A stretch of DNA of 64,000 nucleotides from Candidatus Fermentimicrarchaeum limneticum (GCA_013426015.1 CP058998.1:794758-858757); one strand, 5' to 3'; counted from the stretch's first letter, positions 28,464 through 37,335 are shown. Numbers and translations are program-made. The notes: a model not told the origin generated them from the sequence alone.

Positions 28464-28733
28464 TTGAAGCTCAAGGTCGTTAAGAAGGATAAGAATTTTC
28501 TTGAAATGTTTCTTGAGGGCGAGGAGCACAGTTTCCCCAACCTCCTGAGGGAGACGCTGCTTGAGGATGATGATGTTGAATTCGCCTCCTATGTGATCGA
28601 ACATCCGGAGATTGGCAGCCCGAAGCTGATTGTAAGGACAAAGAGCAAGACTCCGGAGAGCGCAATAAAAAGTGCTCTGAAAAAAATTGAGAAGAGGGCT
28701 TCTGATTTCGAGGCGCTTCTCAAAAAGAAATGA
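28464..28733 (+). CDS. rpoL: DNA-directed RNA polymerase subunit L (Rpo11)
   Basis: GEEHSFPNLLRETL, FASYVIEHP; GAGGTGA RBS before TTG 28464. Confidence 0.93.
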   Translation: MKLKVVKKDKNFLEMFLEGEEHSFPNLLRETLLEDDDVEFASYVIEHPEIGSPKLIVRTKSKTPESAIKSALKKIEKRASDFEALLKKK

Positions 28734-28737
28734 TACG

Positions 28738-29286
28738 ATGAAGCCAGGAGCAAGAGTGCTGGGAATTGATGACTCGCCTTTCACGAAAGAAGATGAAAGA
28801 GTTCTTGTTGTCGGAGTTGTGTGGAGGGAAGGAGCAGTGGAGGGTGTGCTGAGCACGCATGTTGCTCGGGACGGGCTGGACAGCACGGAGAAGTTGGAGA
28901 GGATGGTCAGGAGTTCAAAATTCCTTCCGCAGATAAGGTTGATTGTCATGCACGGAGTGACGCTTGCAGGATTCAATATTGTGAATATCAGAAAGTTGAG
29001 CGAGAAACTGTCCGTGCCTGTCATTGGTGTGACCAGAAAAAGGCCATGCGCAGCAGCGGTGGGGAAAGCACTGCGGAACTTCTCTGATTGCGGAGAGAGG
29101 CTCGAACTGATAAGGTCTGCGGGACCTGTGGTGAGAATCGGTACCATCCACGCCCAGCTTGCCGGCATTGGAGTTGATGAGGCGCGGAAGTTCCTCTCTT
29201 CTTTTGAGGGAATACCGGAGCCTGTTAGGCTTGCCCATATAATAAGCTCGGGCGTTGTCAGGGGGGAGTCCCATGGAAAGGTATGA
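28738..29286 (+). CDS. DUF99/UPF0215 endonuclease V-like protein
   Basis: RVLGIDDSPF, DGLDST, GVTLAGFN, IPEPVRLAHII. Confidence 0.88.
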   Translation: MKPGARVLGIDDSPFTKEDERVLVVGVVWREGAVEGVLSTHVARDGLDSTEKLERMVRSSKFLPQIRLIVMHGVTLAGFNIVNIRKLSEKLSVPVIGVTRKRPCAAAVGKALRNFSDCGERLELIRSAGPVVRIGTIHAQLAGIGVDEARKFLSSFEGIPEPVRLAHIISSGVVRGESHGKV

Positions 29287-30268
29287 GAAGATTTTCAGGG
29301 ATAATGCCGGCTACCTAGCAATTATCCTGCTTCTCGTCCTGTACATACTTACAAAGTTATCTTTGTTTGCCCTGCTTTGCGCGATATCAATAGTGGCGAT
29401 ATTCGCCTATGAAACATATGAAGGAGCCAAGAGGAGAGGCTGGAAAAACGAGCTTGGGGAGATTATTATTGCGGTGGTTGTCGGAGTCGTGATATGGTAC
29501 GGGGCGGGTTTCCTGCTTGGCACAGCTGCACCGCTTGACGCAGTAGTATCGTGCAGCATGCTGCCCAACCTTGACAGAGGGGACATGGTCCTGCTGAAGG
29601 GTGGCGAGATAAGCGTCCCAACAGTGGAAGTCACCGCCTTGGAATGGGAGCAGATAGAAGTGAGGATGCGCACCAATTACACATGCGGCCCCTGCGAAGA
29701 AGCCGCTGGCTACAAGCCATACAACTTCTCAATATGCGGCATCTCCTGTGAGGATTCCTGCCTGCTTGCCATAGACGGCAAACCCGTGTTTTCGGGTTCC
29801 GCGGACACGCTTTTCAGCTACAATTACGGGGTTTGCAAGCTCAGGAGTGCAGACGGCGAGATCATAAACTCAGTATGCGTGAGGTCCGTGACAATAAAGG
29901 GAAAGGCGTTTGAGGAAAGCGCTGGCAATGATGTTGTCGTATACGAGCCCAGGAGGGGCAGCATATTTGTGGGTTCAACAATACACCGGACCCTGGCAAG
30001 GGTTTCGGTTGAAGGCAAGATCTACTACCTCATCAAAGGCGATAATAACGAGGTTCTTGATGTACAGGCTCCGGCGTACAGGTCCATAGCAGGGAATACG
30101 TGCATTTTCTATGCGAATTCGACAAGGGAAAACAGACCTGTCCCGCAGGAGAACATAAATGGGAAAGTGATAGTAAGAATCCCCTACATGGGTTACCTGA
30201 AGCTTTTCCTTTGGGGGTACATAGAGAACCCAGCGGGATGCAACACGGTTATCGAGCACAACACATAA
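29273..30268 (+). CDS. S26-family signal peptidase I with a Cys-rich insertion
   Basis: N-terminal TM helices, VVSCSMLPNLDRGD (Ser), IHR (His), KGDNN, GKVIVRIPYMG. Confidence 0.8.
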   Translation: MERYEKIFRDNAGYLAIILLLVLYILTKLSLFALLCAISIVAIFAYETYEGAKRRGWKNELGEIIIAVVVGVVIWYGAGFLLGTAAPLDAVVSCSMLPNLDRGDMVLLKGGEISVPTVEVTALEWEQIEVRMRTNYTCGPCEEAAGYKPYNFSICGISCEDSCLLAIDGKPVFSGSADTLFSYNYGVCKLRSADGEIINSVCVRSVTIKGKAFEESAGNDVVVYEPRRGSIFVGSTIHRTLARVSVEGKIYYLIKGDNNEVLDVQAPAYRSIAGNTCIFYANSTRENRPVPQENINGKVIVRIPYMGYLKLFLWGYIENPAGCNTVIEHNT

Positions 30269-30307
30269 AAATGTGGAGGTAAAAACAATATTGTAGAGGT
30301 GAACGGC

Positions 30308-31051
30308 ATGCTAGAGATAGAGATTGATGACGCAAGGTATTGGAAGAACTGCGTAGACTCGATAGTCAACCTCATAGACGAGGGCAACTTTGAGATTACT
30401 GCTAATGGCATATCGCTTAAGGCCATGGATCCTTCGCAGATAGCGATGGTGTGCTTCTCGATTCCGAAAAGCTCTTTCGGCAAGTACAAGGTTGATGAGA
30501 CTACAAAGGTAGGCATAAATTTCGACAGCATGAGCAAGGTTCTTTCAAGGAGCAGGGGTAAGGACAGGCTGAGGATGATGATTGAGGAGAACAAGCTCGT
30601 TCTGGAGTTCATAGGTGAGGACAAGAGGAACTTCAAACTGCCGCTCATTGAGGTCCAGGAGGGCGTCCAGAAGGAACCGAAGATAGAGTTTGACGCAGTA
30701 GTGAAGATAAAAGCAGGGCAGTTCAAGGAGATACTCGGGGACGCCGCACTACTCAGCTCGCATGTCGTGCTGGACGCGAACAGCAAAGGCTTCTTTGTTG
30801 AGGTTCACGGCGATTCCGGTGATTTGAGAGTTGAGAAGGAGAAGACCGGCGAGGCGACCCTGAACATTGAGGTGAAGAGGGATTCCAGGGCCACATTCCC
30901 GCTGCAGTTCCTGGGCGACATGGTTAAGGCCTGTCCAGATGACGAGAGCCTTTCACTCCATTTGAAGACCAACTCCCCGATAAAGGCGGAGTACAGCATA
31001 GGAGAGGCGAAGCTGGTCTACTACCTTGCGCCAAGAATAGAGACGATGTGA
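30308..31051 (+). CDS. pcn: DNA polymerase sliding clamp PCNA
   Basis: AMDPSQIAMV, FKLPLI, C-terminal YYLAPR; canonical synteny with priL, priS and GINS. Confidence 0.96.
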   Translation: MLEIEIDDARYWKNCVDSIVNLIDEGNFEITANGISLKAMDPSQIAMVCFSIPKSSFGKYKVDETTKVGINFDSMSKVLSRSRGKDRLRMMIEENKLVLEFIGEDKRNFKLPLIEVQEGVQKEPKIEFDAVVKIKAGQFKEILGDAALLSSHVVLDANSKGFFVEVHGDSGDLRVEKEKTGEATLNIEVKRDSRATFPLQFLGDMVKACPDDESLSLHLKTNSPIKAEYSIGEAKLVYYLAPRIETM

Positions 31052-32136
31052 CATTCTCCGCCGTTAATATTGGGAGATTCTTGGTTCTGCACGGCATCCG
31101 CCTGCTTCATAACCAAGTTCTGGGCTGTGTCAAAGACAACCCGGTTTGACAGCATGTAGCCGTCAAACCTCTTGAATAAATTGATTGCACCATTCAGGTC
31201 TGCGTTATACTCAAGACCACAGGTTGGGCATTTGAATAAACCCTGTGAGATTCTTTTTCCTTCATTGTTGCATACGTGGCAAGTCTTTGAAGCATACCAC
31301 TCCTCCATCTTAACAACGGGAACTCCTTCTGCCTCTGCTTTGTATTCAATGAACTTTGAGAGCTTATCGAATGGCATGTTTGAGACAATCCTATTGAACC
31401 TTTTTCCTTTTGCTGAATTCCTTATCCCTTTCAAATCCCCCAAGAGAATTGCTGATTTGTTTTCTTTTGCAATTCTGACTGCTTCCTTTGAAATCTCATG
31501 GCAGATTTGATTGATTGCAACTCTCTCTTTTCTGCCAATTTCTTTCAACTTCTTCAATAATTTCTTCTCTTGTAACCTCTTTCTCAACCACGAATAGTGC
31601 CTTCTTATTCCTCTGGCTTCATCTCCGTGAAAAGAGGGTGTCATAGAACCATTCTTCACCAACACGGTTGAGAGAAGATGCTTCTCACCCAAATCGCAGG
31701 AAAGAACAGAAGAAATATCGTAATCTACTTTGACCTCTTTTTCAACTCGGATAAGTAGATACCAGTGATTCTTATGCCTCTTCAATTTTGCTTCTCTTAG
31801 TTTTCCTGAGAGAAGAAGTCCCTTATCTTTGTATGGAAATGCAATTGCAACATATATCGATTTTTTATGAATAGGTATTTTAGCCCAGTATTTGCAGAGC
31901 TTATTGTTTGTTTCCTTTATTTTAATTGAATCATTCCTTATAACCAGAGGATACTCCTTTTTTCTTTTGAATTTCTTTTTCAGCCTGCCTATGAACCTCT
32001 CTGCCTGTTGTTCATTTACTGAATAAAGCTCTGCTTCGTCTCCTCTTAATGCTTTTTGAAAGTTGATAAATTCCTTCCGTATTCTATCTTCTTTTGATTT
32101 TGTTAGAAACATCAACTTTGCCTTGATTGTTTTCAC
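31021..32136 (-). CDS. tnpB: TnpB RNA-guided nuclease (short archaeal type)
   Basis: RuvC-I CDLG, RuvC-II region LGDLKGIR, IEYKA, zinc finger CHVC...CPTC, RuvC-III NADLNGAIN; AT-rich compared with its neighbours. Confidence 0.92.
   Translation of the reverse strand: MKTIKAKLMFLTKSKEDRIRKEFINFQKALRGDEAELYSVNEQQAERFIGRLKKKFKRKKEYPLVIRNDSIKIKETNNKLCKYWAKIPIHKKSIYVAIAFPYKDKGLLLSGKLREAKLKRHKNHWYLLIRVEKEVKVDYDISSVLSCDLGEKHLLSTVLVKNGSMTPSFHGDEARGIRRHYSWLRKRLQEKKLLKKLKEIGRKERVAINQICHEISKEAVRIAKENKSAILLGDLKGIRNSAKGKRFNRIVSNMPFDKLSKFIEYKAEAEGVPVVKMEEWYASKTCHVCNNEGKRISQGLFKCPTCGLEYNADLNGAINLFKRFDGYMLSNRVVFDTAQNLVMKQADAVQNQESPNINGGECHIVSILGAR
31048..31200 (-). ncRNA. predicted omega/reRNA scaffold overlapping the tnpB 3' end (5' boundary approximate)
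   Basis: Inferred from TnpB biology plus the terminal hairpin and the low-complexity C-terminal tail after RuvC-III. Confidence 0.5.
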
Positions 32137-32173
32137 TCTTTCACCTTACTGACTTATAGAAGATAAATCCCTA

Positions 32174-32209
32174 TTTATAAACCTCTGCAGGGGGTAACTT
32201 TCCAGTGAA
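32174..32209 (-). promoter_or_regulatory. TATA box plus 21-bp motif (copy 2) upstream of tnpB
   Basis: TTTATAAA-N7-AGGGGGTAACTTTCCAGTGAA, same architecture as 11175-11210. Confidence 0.7.
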
Positions 32210-32319
32210 ATGAATTTATGTGCAAAACCGTAGTCTGCGGAATCAATTTATATCTTCTGCAGCATATATTCATCCATACTGCGAATGCTCTTTTGGGATG
32301 CATTTTGCGGAGGGGCTAG

Positions 32320-33264
32320 ATGGAGCTTTCATTCTGCAGCAAGTACCCATTCACAAGGGAAGCGAAGGAGCTGATGAGCTCCGCCAAGGTAGACGATGAG
32401 TTCCAGCTCAACGAGCTTGCCAAAAGGAGGGTTGTTGCTGCGATAAAGGATGGGAAGATTCCTTTTGTTAGCATTGAGCTTGACGACTCCCAGCTGCTCA
32501 TGCAGGTCGCGTCATACGCAGTGAGTAGGGTGATAATCTCGCTTCTGAAAAGCAGGTACTACACAAACCGGTATGCCATTGCGGAGGCGAAGCGTGCGGG
32601 CTCGTACATGCAGAGTGATAGTGACGAGAATGTCCTGCATGCTGCCAAGGAACTGGGGGTGGAGTGCGAGATAGATGGGAGCTATGGTGTGAAATTTCAG
32701 GATTACCTCAGGTACGCCCCAAAATCAGTGGATTACAAACTGGTGAACAAGAAGCTTGCAAAAGGGATTGTCAGGCTGAGGAGGGATGGGTTCGTGAGGC
32801 TACTTGAAGAGGCAGTGAAGATGAAGATAGAGTCTGAGCTGCCTCTCAACACAGACAATGCAACTGCAGCGATGAAGAATGCAGCCGATGCAGTAAAGGC
32901 AGGCATTCCAAAGGAGCCTATGCCTATCAACGTACCTCTCGAGAGGGGGGAGTTCCCGCCCTGCATAGTCAAACTGCTGGAGGATTTGAAGACTGTGGAG
33001 AATCTGAACCACACCGCAAGGTGGGCGCTGGCCGTGTATCTGCTCAATGCGGGAATGAAGGTGGATGATGTGGTCAGGATATTCTCAACGTCCCCGGATT
33101 TTGACGAGAGGGTGACGCGCTACCAGACAGAGCATGCGATGAAAAGGGGTTACAAGGTGCCAACATGTTCAAGCATGGATTCATACGGGCTCTGCGTTGC
33201 AGACTGCGGCGTGAAGAGTCCTTTGGGTTACAGGAGGGGTAGAGTTGGAAGATCTACAGCTTAG
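32320..33264 (+). CDS. priL: DNA primase large subunit
   Basis: KYPF, RYAIAEAKR, FPPCI, PDFDERVTRYQ, Fe-S Cys cluster. Confidence 0.92.
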   Translation: MELSFCSKYPFTREAKELMSSAKVDDEFQLNELAKRRVVAAIKDGKIPFVSIELDDSQLLMQVASYAVSRVIISLLKSRYYTNRYAIAEAKRAGSYMQSDSDENVLHAAKELGVECEIDGSYGVKFQDYLRYAPKSVDYKLVNKKLAKGIVRLRRDGFVRLLEEAVKMKIESELPLNTDNATAAMKNAADAVKAGIPKEPMPINVPLERGEFPPCIVKLLEDLKTVENLNHTARWALAVYLLNAGMKVDDVVRIFSTSPDFDERVTRYQTEHAMKRGYKVPTCSSMDSYGLCVADCGVKSPLGYRRGRVGRSTA

Positions 33265-34414
33265 GATCCGCAATCCTGAGGAAGAGTACGTGAGAAGCAG
33301 GTTCAGGGAGTATTACGGCAAGGCAGATGTGAAAGCGCCCGATGAAGTGGAGAGGAGGGAGTTTGGCTTTGGGGGCTGGGAAAGAAAGATAGAGGTAAGG
33401 CATCTGCATGTTGGAAACGCAGAGGAGTTGAAAGGGAAACTTGCGATGGAGGCGCCTCTATTCATCTCATATTCGGTCGCCTACTATGAATTCCCCGACA
33501 TGCGCCCCATGGAGAGAAAGAACTGGCTGGGGGCCGATGTTGTCTTTGACCTTGACTCGGACCATCTAGGGCTTCCCTGCAGAAAGAGGCATGGCACGAA
33601 GTGGGTATGCGACGAATGCCTTGCGGCGGTTAAGGATGAGAGTGCCAAGCTCATAGAGCAGTTCCTAATCCCGGATTTTGGTTTCTCCAAAAACGAAATC
33701 GAGGTGAATTTCTCGGGGAATAGGGGGTACCACGTGCACATAAGGGACAAAACAGTTAAGAAGCTCAGTTCCTATGCGAGAAGGGAGGTAGTGGATTATC
33801 TCACGGGGACGGGGATTGATTTTGATTCCATGGACTTCAGGAACGTTGCTGTTTCCGGGAGGAAGGAGAAAAAGCTGCTCGGGCCTTCCCCCTCAAACCC
33901 GGCCTGGCCCGGCAGGATTGCGAGGCTGGTGAGCCGGCTTGTTGCTGAGAAGAGGCTTGCCGAAGTTGGCGTGGAGGAGAAGGATGCAAAGAGGATATAC
34001 AAGAAAAGCGAGCAGTTCCTGAAATCCGTCAGAGAAGGTAATTGGGATGTTGTGAAACTCGAGAGGAAGGAGGAGTTCTGGAGGAACGTTGTCGGAAGGC
34101 TTGGCGTGAAGCTCGGCGACAGGATAGACCAGAATGTCACAGCAGACGCGAGCAAGCTCATACGCTTGCCGGACAGCCTGCATGGGGAAAGCGCCCTGCT
34201 CGCAAAGAGAGTCAAGGATCTGAACAGTTTCGACCCGCTTAAGGAAGCAGTAGTTTTCGGGGACCAACCAGTAAGGATTAAAATTAAGAATGCACCTGAA
34301 TTTAGGCTAGGTGAACTTACATTCGGGCCGTTCAAGAGTGAGGAGAAGGAACTGCCGGAATACGCGGCGTTGTTTCTGCTCTGCAAGAAGGAGGCAGTAT
34401 TATGGAAGAGTTGA
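33245..34414 (+). CDS. priS: DNA primase small (catalytic) subunit
   Basis: RREFGF, VFDLDSDH, FSGNRGYHVH, IDQNVT, LIRLPDSLHG. Confidence 0.95.
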   Translation: MEDLQLRIRNPEEEYVRSRFREYYGKADVKAPDEVERREFGFGGWERKIEVRHLHVGNAEELKGKLAMEAPLFISYSVAYYEFPDMRPMERKNWLGADVVFDLDSDHLGLPCRKRHGTKWVCDECLAAVKDESAKLIEQFLIPDFGFSKNEIEVNFSGNRGYHVHIRDKTVKKLSSYARREVVDYLTGTGIDFDSMDFRNVAVSGRKEKKLLGPSPSNPAWPGRIARLVSRLVAEKRLAEVGVEEKDAKRIYKKSEQFLKSVREGNWDVVKLERKEEFWRNVVGRLGVKLGDRIDQNVTADASKLIRLPDSLHGESALLAKRVKDLNSFDPLKEAVVFGDQPVRIKIKNAPEFRLGELTFGPFKSEEKELPEYAALFLLCKKEAVLWKS

Positions 34415-34956
34415 GCTACGAGGAACTCAGGAGGATCCAAGGCAGGGAGAGGGCCAGCCCAGTCCTGCAGAGCCTGCCAGCGGATTTCTACAAGCATGTG
34501 AAGAAGCTCATAGAGAAGAAGAATGACAGCCTGAAGAAGGACTTCGGCCTCGCAGAGGCGAAGGAGTATGAGAGCATACTGAAGGTTGTGGAGGATATAC
34601 ACGACAAAAGGAAGCAGAAGATAGTTATGAAGGCGATGAGATCAGCCAATGTTGGGGAAGGGGTCACACTGGCTGAGGAGGAGACGAAGCTGTTCGACAT
34701 GATACGCAGTGTTATAGCAGAGGAGTCGGAATGTTTCAGGAATATCACGGGATGCGCTGAGGGCGTCGAAGAAGAAAGTATTAAAAGGATTAAAATTTTA
34801 AAACCCCTTCCTAAGTTCGTTGGAACTGACATGAAGGTTTACGGTCCTTTCAAAGAGGGAGATGACATAGAGCTGCCAGACAAGGAGGCGCAGCTTCTTG
34901 TAAGGAAAGGAATTGCAGAGTATACGGAGGTTGTTTCACATGAAGTTCCCAAATGA
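34402..34956 (+). CDS. gins: GINS complex subunit (Gins15/51)
   Basis: ER...LQSLPADFY, RKQKI, C-terminal B domain PKFVGTDMKVYGPF; synteny. Confidence 0.88.
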   Translation: MEELSYEELRRIQGRERASPVLQSLPADFYKHVKKLIEKKNDSLKKDFGLAEAKEYESILKVVEDIHDKRKQKIVMKAMRSANVGEGVTLAEEETKLFDMIRSVIAEESECFRNITGCAEGVEEESIKRIKILKPLPKFVGTDMKVYGPFKEGDDIELPDKEAQLLVRKGIAEYTEVVSHEVPK

Positions 34957-35221
34957 GATAAACACCTACTGCCCAAAGTGCAAGAAAAAGACGAAGCACA
35001 AGGTGAGGACTGCCTCAAAGGGAAGGGCGAGGAGCATGGCGTGGGGCAACAGACAGCACGAGAGGAAGATAAGGGGTTATGTGGGAAAGGTTGCAGGAGA
35101 GAAAGCCGTGAAGAAACAGGGCAAGAAGCAGAAAATCATACTGGAATGCAGTATCTGCAAGAAGAAGCAGGAGAGGATTATTGGGAAGAGGACTAGGAAG
35201 AAGATTGAGATAAAGAGCTGA
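34940..35221 (+). CDS. rpl44e: 50S ribosomal protein L44e
   Basis: MKFP...[12 protein letters not shown]...LECSICKK. Confidence 0.93.
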   Translation: MKFPNEINTYCPKCKKKTKHKVRTASKGRARSMAWGNRQHERKIRGYVGKVAGEKAVKKQGKKQKIILECSICKKKQERIIGKRTRKKIEIKS

Positions 35222-35232
35222 GGTGTGATAGG

Positions 35233-35391
35233 ATGAGCAAATTTTTGAGAGTCAAGTGCGACTGCGGAAACGAGCAGAACTTATTCGGCAACTCAAGCAC
35301 TATGGTAAGATGCCTTGTATGCAACAGGGTGCTGGCAGAGCCGACCGGCTCAAGGGCAAAGGTGCACGGCAAGATAGTCAAGGTTCTGTGA
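35233..35391 (+). CDS. rps27e: 30S ribosomal protein S27e
   Basis: Hand translation [52 protein letters not shown]; lies between L44e and aIF2-alpha. Confidence 0.95.
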   Translation: MSKFLRVKCDCGNEQNLFGNSSTMVRCLVCNRVLAEPTGSRAKVHGKIVKVL

Positions 35392-35395
35392 GAAT

Positions 35396-36181
35396 ATGAG
35401 CCAGAGAGATGAACCTGAACTTGATGAGTTCGTCATAGCTACTGTAAGGAAGATACTTCCCTACGGCGCCTTCTGCAGTCTTGATGAATACGGTGACAGG
35501 GAGACCTTCCTGCATGTTTCTGAGGTCGCTTCGAGGTGGATAAAGAACATTCACGAATTCCTCAAGGAGGACCAGAAGATTATTGCAAGGGTTTTCAGGA
35601 TAGTTCCTGAGAAGAATCAGATCGACCTCTCCCTGAAGAGAGTAAGTGACTTGGATAGGAGAAGGAAAATAGAGAGCTACAGGAAGGAGAAGAGGGCTGG
35701 AAAGCTCTTTGAGGTTGTTGAGAAGATGATTGGAAAGCCCCACGAGCATGTTTGGAAGGAGATGGGGGCGGAGCTTGTTGAGAAGTTCGGCAGCTTATAT
35801 TCTGCTTTTGAGGAGGCGGCAAGGGATGAGAAAGCATTGGACGCCGTGAAAGCACCGAAGGAATGGAAGGCTGTAATGCGAGGGATTGCCTCCCAGAACA
35901 TAAAGCGCCCCAGAGTCAGGATAACTGGAACGCTGAACATAAGCAGCAGGGAGCCGGATGGCATAGACGTGATCAAGAAAGTACTGCTCGAAGCCAAGGA
36001 AAGCGCGGGCGAGGACGAGGAGGTCAGGATAACATACCTGGGAGCGCCGAGGTACATGATGGCGGTAACGGCATCTGACTATAAGAAGGCTGAGAAGATA
36101 GCTTCGGTGGTATCCAAGAAGGTGAAGGAAGGGATGAATGAGAGAGATGGGTTTGCGGAGTTTGAGAGAGAGGAAAAGTAG
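35396..36181 (+). CDS. eif2a: translation initiation factor aIF2 alpha
   Basis: S1 domain YGAFCSLDEY, LHVSEV, IDLSLKRV, GAPRY. Confidence 0.95.
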   Translation: MSQRDEPELDEFVIATVRKILPYGAFCSLDEYGDRETFLHVSEVASRWIKNIHEFLKEDQKIIARVFRIVPEKNQIDLSLKRVSDLDRRRKIESYRKEKRAGKLFEVVEKMIGKPHEHVWKEMGAELVEKFGSLYSAFEEAARDEKALDAVKAPKEWKAVMRGIASQNIKRPRVRITGTLNISSREPDGIDVIKKVLLEAKESAGEDEEVRITYLGAPRYMMAVTASDYKKAEKIASVVSKKVKEGMNERDGFAEFEREEK

Positions 36182-36186
36182 GTCCT

Positions 36187-36351
36187 ATGGAAAAACTCAA
36201 AAAATGCGCCAGATGCGGTCTTTACACCATGAAGGATAAATGCCCAAAGTGCGGCGAGACGACTTGCACTGCGCATCCGCCCAAGTTTTCACCGGAAGAC
36301 AGGTACGGCGCATACCGGAGGAGGGCGAAGTTTGGTGAGGGGGTTTTATGA
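36187..36351 (+). CDS. nop10: H/ACA RNP protein Nop10
   Basis: Hand translation MEKLKKCARCGLYTMKDKCPKCG...HPPKFSPEDRYGAYRR. Confidence 0.95.
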   Translation: MEKLKKCARCGLYTMKDKCPKCGETTCTAHPPKFSPEDRYGAYRRRAKFGEGVL

Positions 36352-37121
36352 AAGGCACTATAATCATTTCGAAGAAAGGTGTTAAGCTCAAGAATCCGAT
36401 CTTGATAGAGGGGCTGCCAGGCATAGGGCTTGTGGGCAAGCTCGCGGCAGAACATCTGATAAAGGAGCTGAAGGCGGAGAAGGTTGCAGAGATTTACTCG
36501 GAGCACTTCCCCCACCAAGTTCTGATGCTGAAGAAGGGGACTCTCAGGATGCTGAAGAACAAGTTCTACGCTTGGAAGAACCCCAAGAAGAACGGCGCTG
36601 ATCTACTCATACTTGTCGGTGATGTGCAGGCAATAACGCCAGAAGCGCAGTTCGAGGTTTGCAGCAGGATACTCGACTACTTTGCGAAGATGAAGGGCAA
36701 GAGGATATACACGCTTGGCGGATACGGGGTTGGTAAAATCATTGAGAATCCGCGTGTTCTCGGCTCGGCAACGCACAAGGAAGTTGTGGATGAACTGAAG
36801 AAGTACGGTGTAGTCTTCGGCGAGGCTAACGGCTCAATCATAGGAGCTGCAGGCCTTCTGCTCGGGCTGGGGAAGATAAGGAAAATGGACGGGGCGTGCC
36901 TCATGGGGGAAACCCACGGAGGTTATGTTGACGTCAAGTCAGCAAAAAGCGTCCTAATCATACTCACAAAGATACTTAACATCCCGCTTGATTTGAACAA
37001 GCTTGACGAGAGAGCAAAGGAAAGCGAGAGATTCATGAAGAAGATGGAGAAGGAGATAGAAAAGCAGAAGGGCATCGGAGGGGGAGTGCTCAAGGGGGAC
37101 GACCTCAGCTATATAAGGTGA
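36348..37121 (+). CDS. proteasome assembly chaperone (PAC2) family protein
   Basis: LIEGLPGIGLVGK, TLGGY, IIGAAGLL, CLMGET; canonical synteny. Confidence 0.92.
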   Translation: MKGTIIISKKGVKLKNPILIEGLPGIGLVGKLAAEHLIKELKAEKVAEIYSEHFPHQVLMLKKGTLRMLKNKFYAWKNPKKNGADLLILVGDVQAITPEAQFEVCSRILDYFAKMKGKRIYTLGGYGVGKIIENPRVLGSATHKEVVDELKKYGVVFGEANGSIIGAAGLLLGLGKIRKMDGACLMGETHGGYVDVKSAKSVLIILTKILNIPLDLNKLDERAKESERFMKKMEKEIEKQKGIGGGVLKGDDLSYIR

Positions 37122-37122
37122 C

Positions 37123-37257
37123 GCGGCCGTAATCTAGAGGCGCACAGCAATGCTGATGCCGGATAACCTGGTGGGCTTGAGGCGTTTGCCGAAAGCTCGG
37201 GTATTAGGATCTGAGCTTCCCAAGCTCATTGCCCGGGTTCAAATCCCGGCGGCCGCA
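37123..37257 (+). tRNA. tRNA-Gly(CCC) with two D-loop introns (37138-37166 and 37173-37203)
   Basis: Acceptor GCGGCCG/CGGCCGC, anticodon arm TGAGC-TTCCCAA-GCTCA, T loop TTCAAAT. Removing both BHB-bounded introns restores D loop AGCCTGGTTTA. Confidence 0.88.
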
Positions 37258-37260
37258 TAT

Positions 37261-37333
37261 GCGACCGTAGTCTAGCCTGGTAGGACTTTGGCCTTCCAAG
37301 CCAACGACCCGGGTTCAAATCCCGGCGGTCGCA
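37261..37333 (+). tRNA. tRNA-Gly(TCC)
   Basis: Full cloverleaf; anticodon arm TTGGC-CTTCCAA-GCCAA. Confidence 0.96.
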
Positions 37334-37335
37334 TC

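Larger units (their letters stand above)
31048..32209 (-). mobile_element. non-autonomous IS200/IS605-family (IS1341-type) element carrying only tnpB; left boundary uncertain
   Basis: Right end with subterminal hairpin TCTCC..GGAGA ending in ATGTCA(C) on the minus strand; interrupts the pcna-priL gene order; no tnpA. Confidence 0.7.
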
